Assembly (NCBI RefSeq): GCF_947568905.1
Contig: NC_079165.1
Span: 48,484,001 to 48,548,000, forward strand
Origin: Ostrea edulis
Lineage: Eukaryota
Length of the DNA: 64,000 nucleotides
Reading direction: 5' to 3'
Made by a program: the position numbers and the translations under genes. Position 1 is the first letter of the stretch. Each line of letters begins with the position of its first letter. The notes under the pieces are model-generated. The model was not told the origin of the DNA. It saw only the letters and a list, made by a program, of their open reading frames with translations, and ran no database searches. Below, in pieces: positions 63,790 to 64,000 of the stretch.

Positions 63790-63974
63790 GTTTTCCGTTA
63801 GCACCTATATATCAACACGACAGCCCAGGTAAACACTGCCGACGACGAAAGGCACGAACTGTCTTCAGCGACCAGCAGCTGAACGGTCTGGAGAAAAGAT
63901 TCGAAGCCCAGCGGTATCTCTCCACACCAGAGAGAGTAGAATTAGCCAACCAGCTTAGCCTGTCGGAAACACAG
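63790..63974 (+). CDS. BSX: Brain-specific homeobox protein, coding exon 2 (homeodomain up to residue 44)
   Basis: Acceptor TTTCTAG|G keeps the frame with exon 1; PGKHCRRRKARTVFSDQQLNGLEKRFEAQRYLSTPERVELANQLSLSETQ is near-identical to the BSX homeodomain; donor CAG|GTCAGT at the classic Q44/V45 position; exon 3 lies outside the window. Confidence 0.95.
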
Positions 63975-64000
63975 GTCAGTGAATGAGCGTGAAAGCTTAA

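Noticed and set aside
50300-64000. Conserved microRNAs (let-7/miR-100/miR-125, loosely linked to BSX in vertebrates)
   Set aside because: No matching mature sequences seen on either strand by eye.

Overview
AT-rich eukaryotic (metazoan) DNA, most likely from a bivalve/oyster; this is inferred from the repeat families I recognise. About 1-50 kb is a dense, nested transposon graveyard. It holds a broken tyrosine-recombinase (DIRS/Ngaro-like) retrotransposon with an SGNH hydrolase ORF, a BEL/Pao LTR+gag fragment joined to it, and a Ty3/Gypsy element with two LTRs, no integrase and an extra intact zinc-finger ORF. It also holds a decayed hAT transposase fused to an N-terminal OTU/vertnin-like cysteine-protease domain, Penelope-like and LINE fragments, several Helentron-type non-autonomous elements carrying satellite arrays, nested SINEs with readable target-site duplications (TSDs), MITEs with 5-, 6- and 9-bp TSDs, and four minisatellite arrays. 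About 50.3-64 kb is TE-poor and holds the only clear host gene: exons 1-2 of a BSX (brain-specific homeobox) orthologue on the + strand, with the last exon beyond the window. Best leads are the OTU-hAT fusion, the Gypsy zinc-finger accessory ORF with integrase loss, and a recurrent TACATGTA 6-bp insertion scar seen directly in paralogous sequence pairs. No CRISPR array, rRNA or genuine tRNA gene is supported. All family assignments come from motif recognition by eye, not database searches.
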